Source: Bugula neritina (Eukaryota; Animalia; Bryozoa). Taken from it: DNA of 64,000 nt. A model generated the notes under the pieces. It had not been told where the DNA came from and searched no databases. It saw only the letters and a list, made by a program, of their open reading frames with translations. Of this stretch, positions 62,855-64,000 are shown piece by piece. The stretch is taken from NCBI GenBank assembly GCA_964035545.1, contig OZ037765.1, positions 13,464,698 through 13,528,697 on the forward strand, written 5' to 3'. The first letter of the stretch is position 1. The number at the start of each line of letters is the position of its first letter. Made by a program: the position numbers and the translations under genes.

Positions 62855-62999
62855 TGTGTGATTGGTGCGTAAGAGTACAACAACGTTGGATTGAGTCTAA
62901 GCTGATAATTATCGTGATTTATTTCAATTCTAGCTAGTAGGAAAATCCCCGAGCTCAACGAGTCTCGCGGTGAATAATAGCGAGTCAAACAACACAACA
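62855..62999 (-). repeat. 5' LTR
   Basis: Identical to 58479-58623; abuts the PBS. Confidence 0.95.
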
Positions 63000-63134
63000 C
63001 TTGACATGCCAGAATAGTTTAGCATACAATAGAATAATTTGTTTCAACTGCAAACTTTATCACAGCAACTATGAATAAAGTAAATTTTAAGCTAAAAATT
63101 TCCGGCCAGTCACCTAGCATTGCTTTGTAACCGT

Positions 63135-63437
63135 ACCCCTCACCCACACTTACCGTACCGTAGGCCGTAACAACAAATATCAGCCATTTTTACAAATGTC
63201 TGAGCTTCCTATACGGCGTTGCGGTACAGTAGGATCAAGCACTGCTTGATTCAAATAAGTTGCGCCGAGCTCCTATTGGACAGAAAAACTTTTGCGTCAA
63301 CTCACTGGATATGAATGTCCAATGAAGTGTCATAGATCTTACCTAATAGCGGACTTTGAAAACTTCAGCCCGAACACATTCAAAATGGCTGATATTTTAT
63401 GTTACTGCCTATGGTACGGTAGGTGTGAATGAGGGGT
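63135..63437. mobile_element. MITE with about 60-bp imperfect TIRs (same family as 3277-3431)
   Basis: acccctcacccacacttaccgtaccgtaggccgtaacaacaaatatcagccatttt ... aaaatggctgatattttatgttactgcctatggtacggtaggtgtgaatgaggggt. TSD not resolved. Confidence 0.8.
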
Positions 63438-64000
63438 TAGAAACCAGGTGGCTAATTAAACTTACCCAACATAATGGTTTATATTATGGTGTAAAAATAA
63501 ATACTACAAGATAAAAGTAGATTAAAGAAACTTTATCAAAATTATAACACGAAGATAGAATATAATTTAACCTTGCATAATGTCTCTATGAATTATGTGT
63601 TAACATTTCTATATTATGAAACTGATTTTTCCGTACACATATCTTTAGGCTCAAGTTAATAAGGGAATTCGTTGATGACAGAAGGCTTTTAAAACTATTG
63701 CAACCAATAATACTTTCAGAATGCTACTCATGAGTAAAGATAAATAATTATACATATCTGATAAAATTCAATTTTAGTGAGAACATGGAGTGATTGAATT
63801 ATGACTACATTCTCGTATTAAACATTTTAATTAAATTTTCAGTCCTATCTGTATTAATATTACGAATTGATACTTTTATAATAGATATAAGCTGATGAGA
63901 CATAATCATTAGTAAATATGTATCATTTCTAAGAACTAATTGGCAGATTTTAAGCGAAATGTTGCCAGCTAAAAAATTTGACTCGTTTTAACTTTCTGCC

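Larger units (their letters stand above)
58479..62999 (-). mobile_element. Full-length Ty3/Gypsy LTR retrotransposon (Mag-like)
   Basis: Identical 145-bp TG...CA LTRs (58479-58623, 62855-62999). 5-bp TSD CTTGA (58474-58478 and 63000-63004). PBS TGGTGGCAGCAGT next to the 5' LTR (tRNA-Leu-like). PPT AGAAAGGGGGA at 58624-58634. Confidence 0.97.

Overview
AT-rich animal (invertebrate-like) genomic DNA with spliced genes, so the ORF track is mostly fragments or antisense noise. Host genes I could assemble from splice signals and recalled homology: a 3-exon BarX homeobox gene (+, 7797-14249); a 12-exon RBBP5 gene (-, 15628-26301) with an 8-exon LRRC74-like LRR gene nested antisense in its intron 10; an 8-exon NADH-cytochrome b5 reductase (+, 28152-42825); and the 3' part of a large Ser/Arg-repeat protein gene (-, 53866-58339). 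Mobile DNA: a full-length Ty3/Gypsy (Mag-like) element with identical 145-bp LTRs, one Academ(X) element, two ISL2EU/Harbinger-type elements, tRNA-derived SINEs, several MITEs and a 36-40 bp hAT-like micro-element. The most striking structure: all three large DNA transposons, from two unrelated superfamilies, have lost their 5' end and carry an inverted ~1.1-kb copy of their own 3' end, including the transposase C-terminus. Within each ISL2EU copy the two arms share copy-specific variants, and in copy 1 the outer arms are far more alike than the inner arms, pointing to repeated arm-to-arm homogenisation. Two of these palindromes sit in introns of the b5-reductase gene, which would transcribe them as kilobase hairpins (a possible Mu-killer-like silencing locus). 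All coordinates and difference counts were read by eye; family names come from recalled motifs, not database searches.
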